Part shown: positions 18,129-28,096 of the stretch, in pieces
Layout: each line of letters starts with the position of its first letter
How positions within the stretch are numbered: the stretch's first letter is position 1
Assembly (NCBI GenBank): GCA_043799715.1
Contig: JAZDNM010000003.1
Coordinates: forward strand, 220,986-284,985
Direction: 5' to 3'
DNA from: an archaeon
Lineage (GTDB): Archaea > Nanobdellota > Nanobdellia > Pacearchaeales > DTIR01
DNA length: 64,000 nt
The notes under the pieces: model-generated
Seen by the model: only the letters and a program-made list of their open reading frames with translations
What the model was told of the DNA's origin: nothing
Database searches by the model: none
Position numbers and translations under genes: made by a program

Positions 18129-18227
18129 TAGCCCCGCACGGATTCGAACCGTGGTCGCAAGGTTTCTTAAGCATTTTATGAATCTGCTTCCAGAGCCTCG
18201 CATACTGGACCGCTATACTACGGGGCT
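18129..18227 (-). tRNA. tRNA-Gln (anticodon CUG) with a 26-nt intron at 37/38
   Basis: The reverse complement folds as acceptor AGCCCCG/CGGGGCT with A1:U72 and A73, T arm CACGG-TTCGAAT-CCGTG, and anticodon stem CGAGG/CCTTG. Compensatory changes relative to tRNA-Glu support the stem. The intron lies at + strand 18164..18189. Folded by hand. Confidence 0.6.
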
Positions 18228-18600
18228 ATGGTATGCTTAAAAAATGACAATATAAAAATCTTGCTTTCTCACATAAAAACGAAAAAGATATAAATAGCAT
18301 GCTGCTTTTTATCCTATGAGGATTGTCATGATTATTATGATTGTTCTTGTTCTTGGTGCGCTGGCAGTTGCGAATGTCCAGCAGACAAATTTCAAGAATC
18401 TTGGCAGCGGATTGGTTTTTGCGAAGATATACGGAAAGTGGGTATGGCAGGTTGCGGGAAATGTAAAGGACTTGGCTGTCATGGCATACAACATGAAATG
18501 GCTTCCTGAATCAGTGAATATTTCTGATTTTCAGAAGATAACAGCGCTTAATGTGAGCCTGTAAATAGGTTTTTAAATTTGGAATTTTTTCTCCAGTCAT

Positions 18601-18673
18601 GCCTCAGTAGCTCAGTTGGTAGAGCACGACATTGGTAATGTCGGGGTCGAGAGTTCAATCCTCTCCTGAGGCT
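18601..18673 (+). tRNA. tRNA-Thr (anticodon GGU), no intron
   Basis: Acceptor GCCTCAG/CTGAGGC, D arm GCTC-AGTTGGTA-GAGC, anticodon stem CGACA/TGTCG with loop TTGGTAA, T arm GAGAG-TTCAATC-CTCTC. Confidence 0.85.
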
Positions 18674-18735
18674 TTTCAATTTAAAATGAGATTTAGCAAA
18701 TTTTTTAAATAGGGAGTTAATGATAATCAATCAAA

Positions 18736-19101
18736 ATGAAGCTCTATCATCTTATCTTGGGAAGCATTGACGGGAAGCCAGCCCATCACACAGTCGGAGA
18801 CAAAAGGGACTGGTTTTATGTTCCAGGCAGGGGAATAATAATCAGGAGATACAACGATATGCCTGATGGAAAGAATCCATGCTACTGGTTTTCCCAGGAC
18901 AGCGGGCAAATAATGCAGGTTGAAGATTACCTTAAAGATAAAAATAAACTTTCTTTTTTGAAGCTCGTAAAAGAGATAGAATTTGACAAGAATGAAGATT
19001 CTATTTTAGAGGAGATTATCAGCCATGCCCAGGTTTACAACAGCGAACAAAAGAAATTTGTTGATAAAGTCAGGATGTTTGACAAGTATTCTGGGAAATA
19101 A
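18736..19101 (+). CDS. Hypothetical protein (121 aa)
   Basis: ORF only. Confidence 0.35.
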   Translation: MKLYHLILGSIDGKPAHHTVGDKRDWFYVPGRGIIIRRYNDMPDGKNPCYWFSQDSGQIMQVEDYLKDKNKLSFLKLVKEIEFDKNEDSILEEIISHAQVYNSEQKKFVDKVRMFDKYSGK

Positions 19102-19578
19102 TTATTTTTGGTATTTTTTTATATTTATCCCCAAGTCCACTGGTCCGAATGCCAATGGCAGAAGTTCCTCTATACTTGACATGATAATCTTGTCTTTCTT
19201 TGTTGTTGATATGATAACTTCTATATTTTTTCCTGAAATCTGCGATGACTCATAAATCATCTGCCTGCAGCTTCCGCACGGGGCTGTAACTTCCTTTGTG
19301 TCAAAGTTTGCCCCTCTCGCAATTATAGCGATGCTGTCATACATTCTCTTGTTCATGGAATTAGCTTTAAGCAGTGCGGCTCTTTCTGCGCAGATTGTTG
19401 AGCCGTATGCAGCATTCTCAACATTTGAGCCGGTGATAACCTCTCCATCTTGCGTGAGTATCGCAGCGCCAACATAGAACTTAGAATAGGGATTGTATGC
19501 TGTTTCCATTGCTGTTTCCGCTTTTTCAAGCAAAAGCTTCTGGATTATTGTCAATTCTTCGAGTTTAACCTGCTTCAT
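19102..19578 (-). CDS. cdd: Cytidine deaminase
   Basis: CAERAA and PCGSCRQ zinc-binding motifs. 158 aa. Confidence 0.85.
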   Translation of the reverse strand: MKQVKLEELTIIQKLLLEKAETAMETAYNPYSKFYVGAAILTQDGEVITGSNVENAAYGSTICAERAALLKANSMNKRMYDSIAIIARGANFDTKEVTAPCGSCRQMIYESSQISGKNIEVIISTTKKDKIIMSSIEELLPLAFGPVDLGINIKKYQK

Positions 19579-19580
19579 TT

Positions 19581-21260
19581 TTATTTCCTGCCTTTTCTTT
19601 CCGGCTTCAGTCTTCTTGGAGAATCATTGCCAAGTTTCCTGACTTCTACATTTGTCAGGAACCCATACGGCGAAATTTCCTGGGTGTGCACAAATCCTGA
19701 ATCAGAGCCGCAATACCCAAATCCCCTTGCATATTTCCCCCCAACCATCTCCAGCTGGTTCAGCATCACATAAGGGTTTCCCAAAAGATACGCGCTCGAA
19801 ACAGGAACTATCTTCCCATTGGTGTATATCCTGGATATAATATCAGGAGCCAGTTTAAATTCACCTGTGCCTGTTAAAACTTCTCCGCCGCCGCCTTCAA
19901 CAAGCAGCCCATAATCAAGCCCTTTCTGCCTGCATACTGAAATCATCCTGTTTACTAAATCCTCAAATTTATGGTTTACAGATGATTTTACTTCAAGAAT
20001 GCTGATTCTTGGTTCTGTAAAATAATTGTTTGTATCAATGTCATAATAATCAAGCCCTCTGCAGTCGTTGCTTGCCCTTGAACAGCCGTTTGATTTTATG
20101 CCTCTTCTTCCCGCGGTTGTCCTGTCATGAAGGTAATTTTTCAGGATTCCATTTTCTATTATAGGTATGCGCTGGCTTCTGACACCTTCTTCATCATAAT
20201 TGTATGAACCCCATTCTCCCTCTTTTGTAGGGTCATTATAAAGAGACAGGAAAGCAGGCATTATTTTCTCGCCTATCTTGCCTTCAAAAGTTGTTGCGTA
20301 ATCCTCATCAATGCATTTGGCTGACAGCAGATGCGCAACAGCACCTTCATGGAATAATACACCCAGGGCAGTGCCGTCCATTATAACAGGATAAACCCCT
20401 GAGGGCTGGACTTCACAATCAACTCTTTCTTTTATTTTGCGTTCGAGATTGCTCAAATCAGAGAAAATTTTATTCTTGTTGAGGATATTCTCTGGAATGA
20501 GTCCTGCCCTGTTTTGGGAGTATTCCACTTCCCTGCCCTCCTTGTCCTCTAATGTAACTGAAACCCTGAAATAAGCCCCTACATCAGATGTTGAAACAAT
20601 TCTCTTGTTTATGCCGTTCTCTGCTGTTCTCTCAAAACTGACAAGGTCTCTGTTTACTCTCTGCACTGACGCTTTTGCCCAGCAGTCCCTAATCCCTTTC
20701 ATATTGCATAATCTGCTTGTTATCCTCTCTAAAATTCCCCCAACTTCCTCTGCATTCACATTGATGTGCTTCTCCTTTTCACGATAATCCACTGATTCTT
20801 CTTTTGAAAGCTTCTTGAACTTGTCATTCCTGAATTCAGTGTATTCTGCGTGGTATTTCCAGTAATTTTGCAACGCGGTTTTGAGGGCATTCTCTGTTAT
20901 TTCGTCTATCTTCCTCTTCATGGCAGAGCTGCCCCTTATAGGCGCATCCTGATTATAGCAGGAATATCCTACTCCATTTCCCTGCTCATCTATCAAATCC
21001 CCCACTCTTGTTTCAACTCTCAGAATGTTATCTTTAATGAGGCATGCGTCAGGCGCTGTAGTCAGTCCGCCCTTGTCTGCGACAAGTTCTATCTCTTCCT
21101 CTTTTTTAAGGCAGAAAGCGATTTGCCGGGGATAAAAATCAATTTGGTGCACTGAATTTTTTCCTATTTTTGGAGTTCCTGTGACAGCCCTTGACTGGTT
21201 GACACTCATCCACTTCTCTGCACTGTTTTCCATTAGCTGAATTATGTCATCAAGCGCCAT
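19581..21260 (-). CDS. TldD/PmbA-family metallopeptidase-like protein
   Basis: LFHEGAVAH and GFGYCGSDSG motifs, typical of the TldD/PmbA family. 559 aa. Confidence 0.65.
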   Translation of the reverse strand: MALDDIIQLMENSAEKWMSVNQSRAVTGTPKIGKNSVHQIDFYPRQIAFCLKKEEEIELVADKGGLTTAPDACLIKDNILRVETRVGDLIDEQGNGVGYSCYNQDAPIRGSSAMKRKIDEITENALKTALQNYWKYHAEYTEFRNDKFKKLSKEESVDYREKEKHINVNAEEVGGILERITSRLCNMKGIRDCWAKASVQRVNRDLVSFERTAENGINKRIVSTSDVGAYFRVSVTLEDKEGREVEYSQNRAGLIPENILNKNKIFSDLSNLERKIKERVDCEVQPSGVYPVIMDGTALGVLFHEGAVAHLLSAKCIDEDYATTFEGKIGEKIMPAFLSLYNDPTKEGEWGSYNYDEEGVRSQRIPIIENGILKNYLHDRTTAGRRGIKSNGCSRASNDCRGLDYYDIDTNNYFTEPRISILEVKSSVNHKFEDLVNRMISVCRQKGLDYGLLVEGGGGEVLTGTGEFKLAPDIISRIYTNGKIVPVSSAYLLGNPYVMLNQLEMVGGKYARGFGYCGSDSGFVHTQEISPYGFLTNVEVRKLGNDSPRRLKPERKGRK

Positions 21261-21273
21261 TTTAACTCAAAAA

Positions 21274-23751
21274 TCACTCCTTGTGGGACTTTTCAAGAAC
21301 TGCAAGCCTCTTGGGCATCAGTTTCTCAAGAATTGGGTCCACAATAATCTCCCATTTATGGTATCCTTTCTCGAAATCAGGATAATAATTTATGACTCCT
21401 CTGAGCCCTGGAGTTTTTCCGCACCTATCAACATAATTGTTCCATGGCTGCATTCCAAAACCTTCAGTGTAGGAAGTACCGTCAGCAAAACCAATTCCCC
21501 CGTGATGCTTATGGAAATAGATTACTGCATCAGCTTTCTTGTTCATCCTGAGCACCTGTGTCATGGCTCTTTCCATCTCATCATGCCCTGCCCACATCTT
21601 ATGCGAAGTGTAAATAGTATGCCCATCAAGTTCAAATGCACCTGAGCCAAATTCGTCTCCAGGCGAGGAAACAATTTCCACTTGGTTGTCCCGATTGTAT
21701 TGTTCAGGTATCAGGCTGCCTAAAAGGATTGCTTCTTCCCTGCCATTCCGCTGATTGTTATAATGATTGCCGCTTACTATCACTGTTCTGCCCCCGTTAT
21801 CCAAGCACTCAAGCACATAAGGCAGCACTCTTAATTTCCATTCCCTGATAATTTTGTCAGTCGGCTGGATAGGCGAAGTATAAATGAATTTCTCCAGAAC
21901 CAATCTCTCAAGCAGATTTATCCTATTTTTAGGAGTCAAGCTTTTGTCATTTTTTATTTCTTCCATTTTTTCTTCAATTTCTTTTGGAACAAGAGCAAGA
22001 TTATGTTTTGCCATTATGTAATAAGAATCCATGTCGTCATGAAGATGCTCGCTCAGCAAAAGAACATCAGGCAGTCCTTTTTTTCTCTGGTATTTCTGGG
22101 CAGCATCAATGAATTCATAGTTGCTTGGTCTTCCTGGATGATTATCCACTCCCAGTTCAAAATCTCCTTCAATGCTCAATCTCTTGTCAGGGTTGATTTT
22201 CACAAGGCTCTCAAGATTTCTTATTTCCTCTTTTATATGCTCTCTCCTGTTTTCTTTTGCTTTTTTCAGCAATTTTCTTTTTTTGTCAATCTCCTTCTTT
22301 ATTTCCCCGAATCTTATCAAGTCAGGCATCTCCAGATATTCTATTATTGGAGCTTCAGTGTCTGAAAAAGTCTGTATCATTGCGCCAGAAGCATAATTCT
22401 TTTCGCTGAATCTCTTGGTGTGCCAGTTCTTGATGCCCTTGCTTTTGCATACCTGCAAAAGCTCAGTTGACTGGAAAGTTGGAAGCTTGAAAAGATAATT
22501 TGGCTCAGGCGTTAAGCGCTCGCCATTTGTTTTTTCGCTGTATTTTCCCTCGACAAAGCATCTTAAGCCCCCTGTGCCGTGGGCAGTGAGGATAACATCA
22601 GGCACAGGCATTTTGAGCTCATCCGAGAGCCTGTTCAGGAAATTTGATTCCAATCTTAATTTCTTGATTGAATCAGCAGAAACATTGTCAGACCTTATTG
22701 AGTTGGGATTGTGAACAAGGAGGAATGTCAAGTCAGTCGCCTTGATTTGCTCCTGCTCTTTTCCAAAAGAATAAATATCTTTTATTGTCCTGTCTTTTCC
22801 CCTGTAGGAAAAATTGACAAACTTTTCGCTTGTTGAATGAGTCTGGAACTTGTCAAAACTGCTGAATATGACATCAAGGGATGCTGACTGGTACTCTTTT
22901 TTCGAGAGATGAAATGCAATTTCCTCCTGCTCTGCAGTCATCTCCTTTCTTTTGGTTATGTTAAAGAACTGTGATGCCTCTTTTTCCCTTTGAATCGCGT
23001 TTATTTTTTGCTCTATGTCCCGTATTTTGCCAGTCATCCCTGCTATTTCTTTTTCAACCTGCTTTAATTTCTTGCTGCTTTCCTTTTTCCTTATTAATCT
23101 GTCCCGCTGTGTTTCAAGCACAGAAGAAGTTTCTTTGAATTTTTCAAGATATTCATTAAGCCTCTTTTCATTTTCTTCTGTCTGAACATACTCATTTATT
23201 TTTACTTCCTTCTGGTTCTCAATGTTCTTGTAATCCTCCTCGCCATACTGATAGTGAAGTGATGCATTTCCTGCGACTGTTGCAAGCTTGTCAATCTCGC
23301 GCTTTGCAAAATCAGTCGCCTCACTTGTAAGGTTTATTTTTTTGGATATGTAATCCTTGTAGAACTCCTGATTGTCCCCTGAAAGCTTTGTCTTGTCAAC
23401 AAGAAAACCCTTGTCGTCTTCCTTGTTCGGGTCCTTGCCCAAAAATCTCATGTCCTGTGCGTTTCCTCGGGAATAGAAAAAAGGTATATGTGGGACTAAT
23501 CCCCCCTGGATTATGACTGAATTGATTTTGTCTTTGTAGCCGTTCTTCTGCATCCAGAAAACCAAGCCGTCCATTGCCCTTGAATCATAAACTTTTGTTC
23601 CGAAACCCATCTCGGCAAGATAAAGAAATTTCAAATCCCTGCTCTTTTTCTTTGATGTCAGGATATCGTGGGGATGAACCTTCTTTTTTCCGTTTTTCCT
23701 GTGGTTATTATTGGAAGACTCCACCCTTTTTTCCAATGTCTCTGTTACCAT
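21274..23751 (-). CDS. Large coiled-coil protein with a C-terminal calcineurin-like metallophosphoesterase domain
   Basis: 825 aa. The central K/E-rich heptad region is predicted coiled coil. C-terminal motifs are LLSEHLHDD, VIVSGNHYN (GNH) and FHKHHGG. Confidence 0.55.
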   Translation of the reverse strand: MVTETLEKRVESSNNNHRKNGKKKVHPHDILTSKKKSRDLKFLYLAEMGFGTKVYDSRAMDGLVFWMQKNGYKDKINSVIIQGGLVPHIPFFYSRGNAQDMRFLGKDPNKEDDKGFLVDKTKLSGDNQEFYKDYISKKINLTSEATDFAKREIDKLATVAGNASLHYQYGEEDYKNIENQKEVKINEYVQTEENEKRLNEYLEKFKETSSVLETQRDRLIRKKESSKKLKQVEKEIAGMTGKIRDIEQKINAIQREKEASQFFNITKRKEMTAEQEEIAFHLSKKEYQSASLDVIFSSFDKFQTHSTSEKFVNFSYRGKDRTIKDIYSFGKEQEQIKATDLTFLLVHNPNSIRSDNVSADSIKKLRLESNFLNRLSDELKMPVPDVILTAHGTGGLRCFVEGKYSEKTNGERLTPEPNYLFKLPTFQSTELLQVCKSKGIKNWHTKRFSEKNYASGAMIQTFSDTEAPIIEYLEMPDLIRFGEIKKEIDKKRKLLKKAKENRREHIKEEIRNLESLVKINPDKRLSIEGDFELGVDNHPGRPSNYEFIDAAQKYQRKKGLPDVLLLSEHLHDDMDSYYIMAKHNLALVPKEIEEKMEEIKNDKSLTPKNRINLLERLVLEKFIYTSPIQPTDKIIREWKLRVLPYVLECLDNGGRTVIVSGNHYNNQRNGREEAILLGSLIPEQYNRDNQVEIVSSPGDEFGSGAFELDGHTIYTSHKMWAGHDEMERAMTQVLRMNKKADAVIYFHKHHGGIGFADGTSYTEGFGMQPWNNYVDRCGKTPGLRGVINYYPDFEKGYHKWEIIVDPILEKLMPKRLAVLEKSHKE

Positions 23752-23873
23752 TTCGAAATTAAGAGTTACCCCTTTTAAATAGATTTATGAGATTTCAAAA
23801 TATCTTTTGCGAAATATAAATTAACAGAGATTGAATTGTAAAGGTTTAAAAATCTCTTGAGTATTAAGGAGAA

Positions 23874-24365
23874 ATGGCAAAGATATCTGATTCTCTTCTG
23901 GAAAAACTGAAGAATGACTATGAAAAATTCAGAAAGAAATACAATCTGCCTGGATTCCAGCAGCTTAATGAGGAATTTGAGATAGAGAGGATAGCAGAGC
24001 ATGAAACAGATTTATTGTTGAGGGAGATAAGAAAGGCGATAACTGAAAAAGCAGTTGCATTCCTAAGATTTCTTGAGCTGATGATAAATCCGAGTGCCGC
24101 GCCGTTCTTCCTGCTTTCAGTAATAAAGCATCTTAATGCGTCTGACAAAAAGGTTGTCAATGAAATCTACAGGAATGTTTGCGATTTCGAGATAAAGGCA
24201 ATTGCACTTGACATGAAATACAGCGAGAAAGCAGAGGTGGAGTTCATAAAATATGCCTCAGGCAAATGGCAGAAAATGCATCCTGATTTACAGGAGTTAA
24301 GCAGGGCAATAGACAAGGCATGGAATGCCTCATTTGAAAAGAAAGAAAGAAGCTATTTCGGGTGA
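23874..24365 (+). CDS. Hypothetical protein (163 aa)
   Basis: ORF with aaggag upstream. Confidence 0.4.
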   Translation: MAKISDSLLEKLKNDYEKFRKKYNLPGFQQLNEEFEIERIAEHETDLLLREIRKAITEKAVAFLRFLELMINPSAAPFFLLSVIKHLNASDKKVVNEIYRNVCDFEIKAIALDMKYSEKAEVEFIKYASGKWQKMHPDLQELSRAIDKAWNASFEKKERSYFG

Positions 24366-24631
24366 TTAAAGCTTCCCATAAATTACATGATAATAACCGC
24401 CGTCTTTTTTCTGGTGTAAGTATATTATGCATTCCCTTTTTTTATTATGAGCTCTGTTAATCTGCATATGAACATCGTTCAGGATGCCTTCAATATTCTT
24501 TACAGGACCCCCCACATTATCACTGATATTATTATCCAGAGCAAATTTGTTCAGTTTATGCAGGAGCAGTTTCTTATTATCGAAGATATCTTTTTTCATA
24601 ATTCTATAATTACAACAATCTTTAAAAGTAT

Positions 24632-25138
24632 TTGGGTATTTTGATAGGTATGAAAAGAAATGCAATAAAGCCAAAAACTAGGTTTTCTGATTTGGTTGAG
24701 TTCTACAAAGAGATAAAAGCCATGGAAAATCTGACTTTTGCAAGGCTTCTTTCAGGAGTTTTTGATGAGGATAAATCTCTTTTATTCATGAAAGAGCAAA
24801 GAAAGATAACAGAAGAGAGATACGAGAAACTGCTTAACCCGAATGACAGGTATTCTTTTGAATCATTGGGAAAATTGAAATATTTTCTCGAATCATGCGG
24901 CTTTGATAAGAAACAGGTTCAAACCAGTATTGAACATGAAAAAGAACATTACAGGGAAGCACTTATCTATGGATTTAACAATGGGGGATTTGCATGCTGG
25001 CTTGTTAAAAACAAGGGAAAACTCGATTATGTATGCAGCACGCAAATTGCCGCGAAGACAATTCCTGGAATAAATGTCTACAGAAAAATCTCACATGCTC
25101 CAAAAAAACCTTCGTTTATAGATGAAATGTGCTGTTAA
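24632..25138 (+). CDS. Hypothetical protein (168 aa)
   Basis: ORF only. Its first 43 nt overlap the weak antisense ORF 24366..24674. Confidence 0.35.
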   Translation: MGILIGMKRNAIKPKTRFSDLVEFYKEIKAMENLTFARLLSGVFDEDKSLLFMKEQRKITEERYEKLLNPNDRYSFESLGKLKYFLESCGFDKKQVQTSIEHEKEHYREALIYGFNNGGFACWLVKNKGKLDYVCSTQIAAKTIPGINVYRKISHAPKKPSFIDEMCC

Positions 25139-25141
25139 AAA

Positions 25142-26086
25142 ATGAGAGTAATATACGCAACTGACTTGCACGGGCACAAAGGGCTCTTTGAAAAGCTGTT
25201 TGAGGAAAGGGCTGATGCTGTTATCATGGGGGGAGATGTCCTGCCGAATTGCGTAGTCGGGACAGAAGCTGCGCTGGATGCCCTTTCAACAAAAGAATAT
25301 TTTGAGATAATGGCAGCAAGCCAAAGGGATTTCCTGAAGAGATATCTTGTTCCTCGAATTGATGAGTTTAGGAAGAAAAATAAGCCAGATGTTTATATCA
25401 TGATGGGAAATGACGATTTTTCCTACAATCTTGATTTATTGGAGGATGCTGAGAAAAAAGGGATTTTGAAATTGCTGTATGACAAGAAAAATGAGAAACC
25501 AAAGGTGCATGAAATTTCAAAAGATGTATTCATTGCAGGCTATCCTTATGTGCCCCTGACACCTTTTGGGATAAAAGACTGGGAAAAATTTGACAGGGAT
25601 GAAAAGCCGCAGAGAGATTGCAATTTTTTGGGGTATAAAAGCTGCAAGAAGTCGAATGAATATTCTATAACTGAGGCAGATTTATTATTATCTCAAAAAG
25701 ATAATATTGCAAAAGATTTGGAGGATTTTGTTTCTGATGCTGGGAAAGAGAAAATAGGGCAGATGATAATGGTAATGCACTCTCCTCCCTCAAATACAGT
25801 GCATGACATAGCGGGATTTCATGAAGGCTGGATGCATGTTGGCTCAATTGCAATAAGGGAGTTTATTGAAAAATACCAGCCATTATTAACCTTGCATGGG
25901 CATATTCATGAGTCATATAAACGGACAGGAGAATACAGGCAGGATATCGGCAGAACAATATGCATTAATCCTGGAACAGATAAGTATAATTTGTATGCTG
26001 TAATATTTGATTCTGACAATCTTTCTGATATGGAGATTATAGTAAAAAAAGCAGAAGAGATAGAAGAAAAGCCAAGAGGGCCTTAA
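25142..26086 (+). CDS. Calcineurin-like metallophosphoesterase
   Basis: Motifs DLHGH, GGD, GNDD, HSPP and GHIH in the canonical order. Confidence 0.75.
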   Translation: MRVIYATDLHGHKGLFEKLFEERADAVIMGGDVLPNCVVGTEAALDALSTKEYFEIMAASQRDFLKRYLVPRIDEFRKKNKPDVYIMMGNDDFSYNLDLLEDAEKKGILKLLYDKKNEKPKVHEISKDVFIAGYPYVPLTPFGIKDWEKFDRDEKPQRDCNFLGYKSCKKSNEYSITEADLLLSQKDNIAKDLEDFVSDAGKEKIGQMIMVMHSPPSNTVHDIAGFHEGWMHVGSIAIREFIEKYQPLLTLHGHIHESYKRTGEYRQDIGRTICINPGTDKYNLYAVIFDSDNLSDMEIIVKKAEEIEEKPRGP

Positions 26087-27711
26087 TTGAAAACATCCAA
26101 ATCAATCTCAAGCAGTGCAACAGGCATTTCTATTCCAAATTCTGAAAGGACTTTTGGGCTGACTTCCCCGAGGATGCCGATAACATTCTTGCCTGCCCTG
26201 ATTATGCCTGTTCTGCCTTCGAGGAAGCTCGAGTTTGAAGCTTCATTAATGCTGCACTCTATATTCATTGTCTTGGCGATATAATCCAGAATTTGCTTGA
26301 TTTCAGTGAAATTCGCATCCTTATGTGTTATGGCAATGCACAGCTTGTTCATTGTCTTCTGCTCTGTTGCGCTGTAGCATTCGCCTATTTCAAATATTTT
26401 CTGGGGCATCTCCTTTTTTATGTTCTGGCTGAGAAAATCAAGAATGCCGGGCATAACTGAATTCCTCAGGCAGCTGTATGTCACAGACACAGGATTGCTT
26501 ACTTCAACAACCTCTGTTTCAGGAAGATTCATTTTCCTGAATAGAGTATCCTTGCTGCTAAGCGAAAATGTCGCGGCTTCCTGCATGTTCAAGCCGATAA
26601 GCATCTCTGTAATCCTGTTTTTTGCATAAGAAAGCCCCTGCGCCTTGCCTATTGTTGATATTTTTGCCTCATCCGGCTTCAGGTTCTGGTATCCATAAGC
26701 AATAGCAACATCCTCTATTAAATCGCGTTCATCCATTATATCCTGCCTGTAAGGAAGATAAAGAACTTCTATGAATTTTCCTGACTGTTTTGCGCTGAAC
26801 CTTGCTTTTTCAAGCAGTTTGCAGATTTCTTTTTCATTAAACGCAGTGCCAAGAATTCTGTTGCAGTACTGCACATCAAGCCTTGCCCTGACAGGCTCAA
26901 GATTAGGCGTTGTTATTGGATTCTTGCCTGTGACTTTAACTGAATAAATCTTCCCGCCGCGCTCTGCAAGTGCAGCAGCCATTATATTCAATATAGGCAG
27001 GATAAACCTGAAACTGTTTCCTGTAACCTCAATAAACACATTCTTTGTTTTCTCTGACACTTTTCCTGTGTAATCTGAATTTATTACAGGCGGCATGCTG
27101 AGGACTTGCTTCGCTGAATCAATTATTATAGGATACTTTCCTGATTCAAGCAAATGCCTGTATTGTATTCCTTTCTCATGCCTTTGAAGAATTTCTTTTG
27201 GGGACAATGCCTCATTCATTCCAAGAGGCACGAATTTTATCTCGTCATTTCCAAGCTCAGAATAGCTGATGGGCCATTTAATCCTGTCAAAATCATAAAC
27301 CCCCAAGGCAGCTTCTTTTCTTTTCAAGCCGAAATTCTCGCATAATTTTTCCTGAAGCTGCACAATCTGCTTTATTGCCTCGTCATTTAATTTTAAATTT
27401 TTTACAACAGCGCAGGCAATAACAGGCCTTGCCCTGACTCCATTATTTTTCAGGATAAATTCCGACTGCTCTGCCTTGTATCTAGGCATTCCTGTTTCAA
27501 TGCCAAGATGCCCTTTTATCTCCCTTGAAATTCCCTCTGCGCTCCACAAGTCAGGCCTGTTTGCGTCACCTGCCTCAATTTTCAGCACATCTCCCTGAAC
27601 AGACTCGACTGTCGCTTTTGCATACTGAAGCACTTCTTCAAGCTGGCTGCTGCTAAGATTTTTTCCTGTGATGCTGCACAAATCTTTTTTTGAAATTTCT
27701 ATTGTTGGCAT
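26083..27711 (-). CDS. pheT: Phenylalanyl-tRNA synthetase beta subunit (archaeal type)
   Basis: Start MPTIEISKKDL is typical of archaeal PheT; the longer ORF reaches 27765. ~542 aa with B3/B4-like and class II core regions. Confidence 0.8.
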   Translation of the reverse strand: MPTIEISKKDLCSITGKNLSSSQLEEVLQYAKATVESVQGDVLKIEAGDANRPDLWSAEGISREIKGHLGIETGMPRYKAEQSEFILKNNGVRARPVIACAVVKNLKLNDEAIKQIVQLQEKLCENFGLKRKEAALGVYDFDRIKWPISYSELGNDEIKFVPLGMNEALSPKEILQRHEKGIQYRHLLESGKYPIIIDSAKQVLSMPPVINSDYTGKVSEKTKNVFIEVTGNSFRFILPILNIMAAALAERGGKIYSVKVTGKNPITTPNLEPVRARLDVQYCNRILGTAFNEKEICKLLEKARFSAKQSGKFIEVLYLPYRQDIMDERDLIEDVAIAYGYQNLKPDEAKISTIGKAQGLSYAKNRITEMLIGLNMQEAATFSLSSKDTLFRKMNLPETEVVEVSNPVSVTYSCLRNSVMPGILDFLSQNIKKEMPQKIFEIGECYSATEQKTMNKLCIAITHKDANFTEIKQILDYIAKTMNIECSINEASNSSFLEGRTGIIRAGKNVIGILGEVSPKVLSEFGIEMPVALLEIDLDVFN

Positions 27712-27712
27712 T

Positions 27713-28096
27713 TTATGCAAATGATGCTTGGGCTTGGCAACTCCTTTTTTCAGTTTGTTCCTCATATGCTGAACTCATCTGCAGAAGCCTCATTCCAAGA
27801 AAATTTTTTACTATAGTATCCATCTCTTCCATGCTATGCAGATTTTCTTTATAGTGGATTCTGGGGGGGATTAACTCACTGCTGAATAGGACTGCGTGCT
27901 TATCAGAGAATTCATTGTCATGCCCTTTGATAAGGTATCCTTTCTCAGTCACAACGAAGCTGCCTATGTATTTCCTAAGGGCTTGTATACTTCTCTTGTC
28001 TTTTGGCAGAGGTATATTCTGCATGCTTATCTCAAGATTATGGGTTCTTTTTCCATAGAATTTACTTTCAATTTTGTTTATTATTTCAGTTATCAT
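27713..28096 (-). CDS. Small hypothetical protein (127 aa) encoded between pheS and pheT
   Basis: The ATG overlaps the pheS TGA stop (ATGA). Its stop lies 1 nt before the pheT ATG. Confidence 0.5.
   Translation of the reverse strand: MITEIINKIESKFYGKRTHNLEISMQNIPLPKDKRSIQALRKYIGSFVVTEKGYLIKGHDNEFSDKHAVLFSSELIPPRIHYKENLHSMEEMDTIVKNFLGMRLLQMSSAYEEQTEKRSCQAQASFA

Noticed and set aside
18548-18730. 60-aa minus-strand ORF
   Set aside because: It overlaps tRNA-Thr entirely.
24366-24674. 102-aa minus-strand ORF between two plus-strand hypothetical genes
   Set aside because: It overlaps the 5' end of the downstream plus-strand ORF by 43 nt and has no RBS or motif. It is left uncalled, but it is not excluded that this is the real gene and a plus-strand neighbour is spurious.
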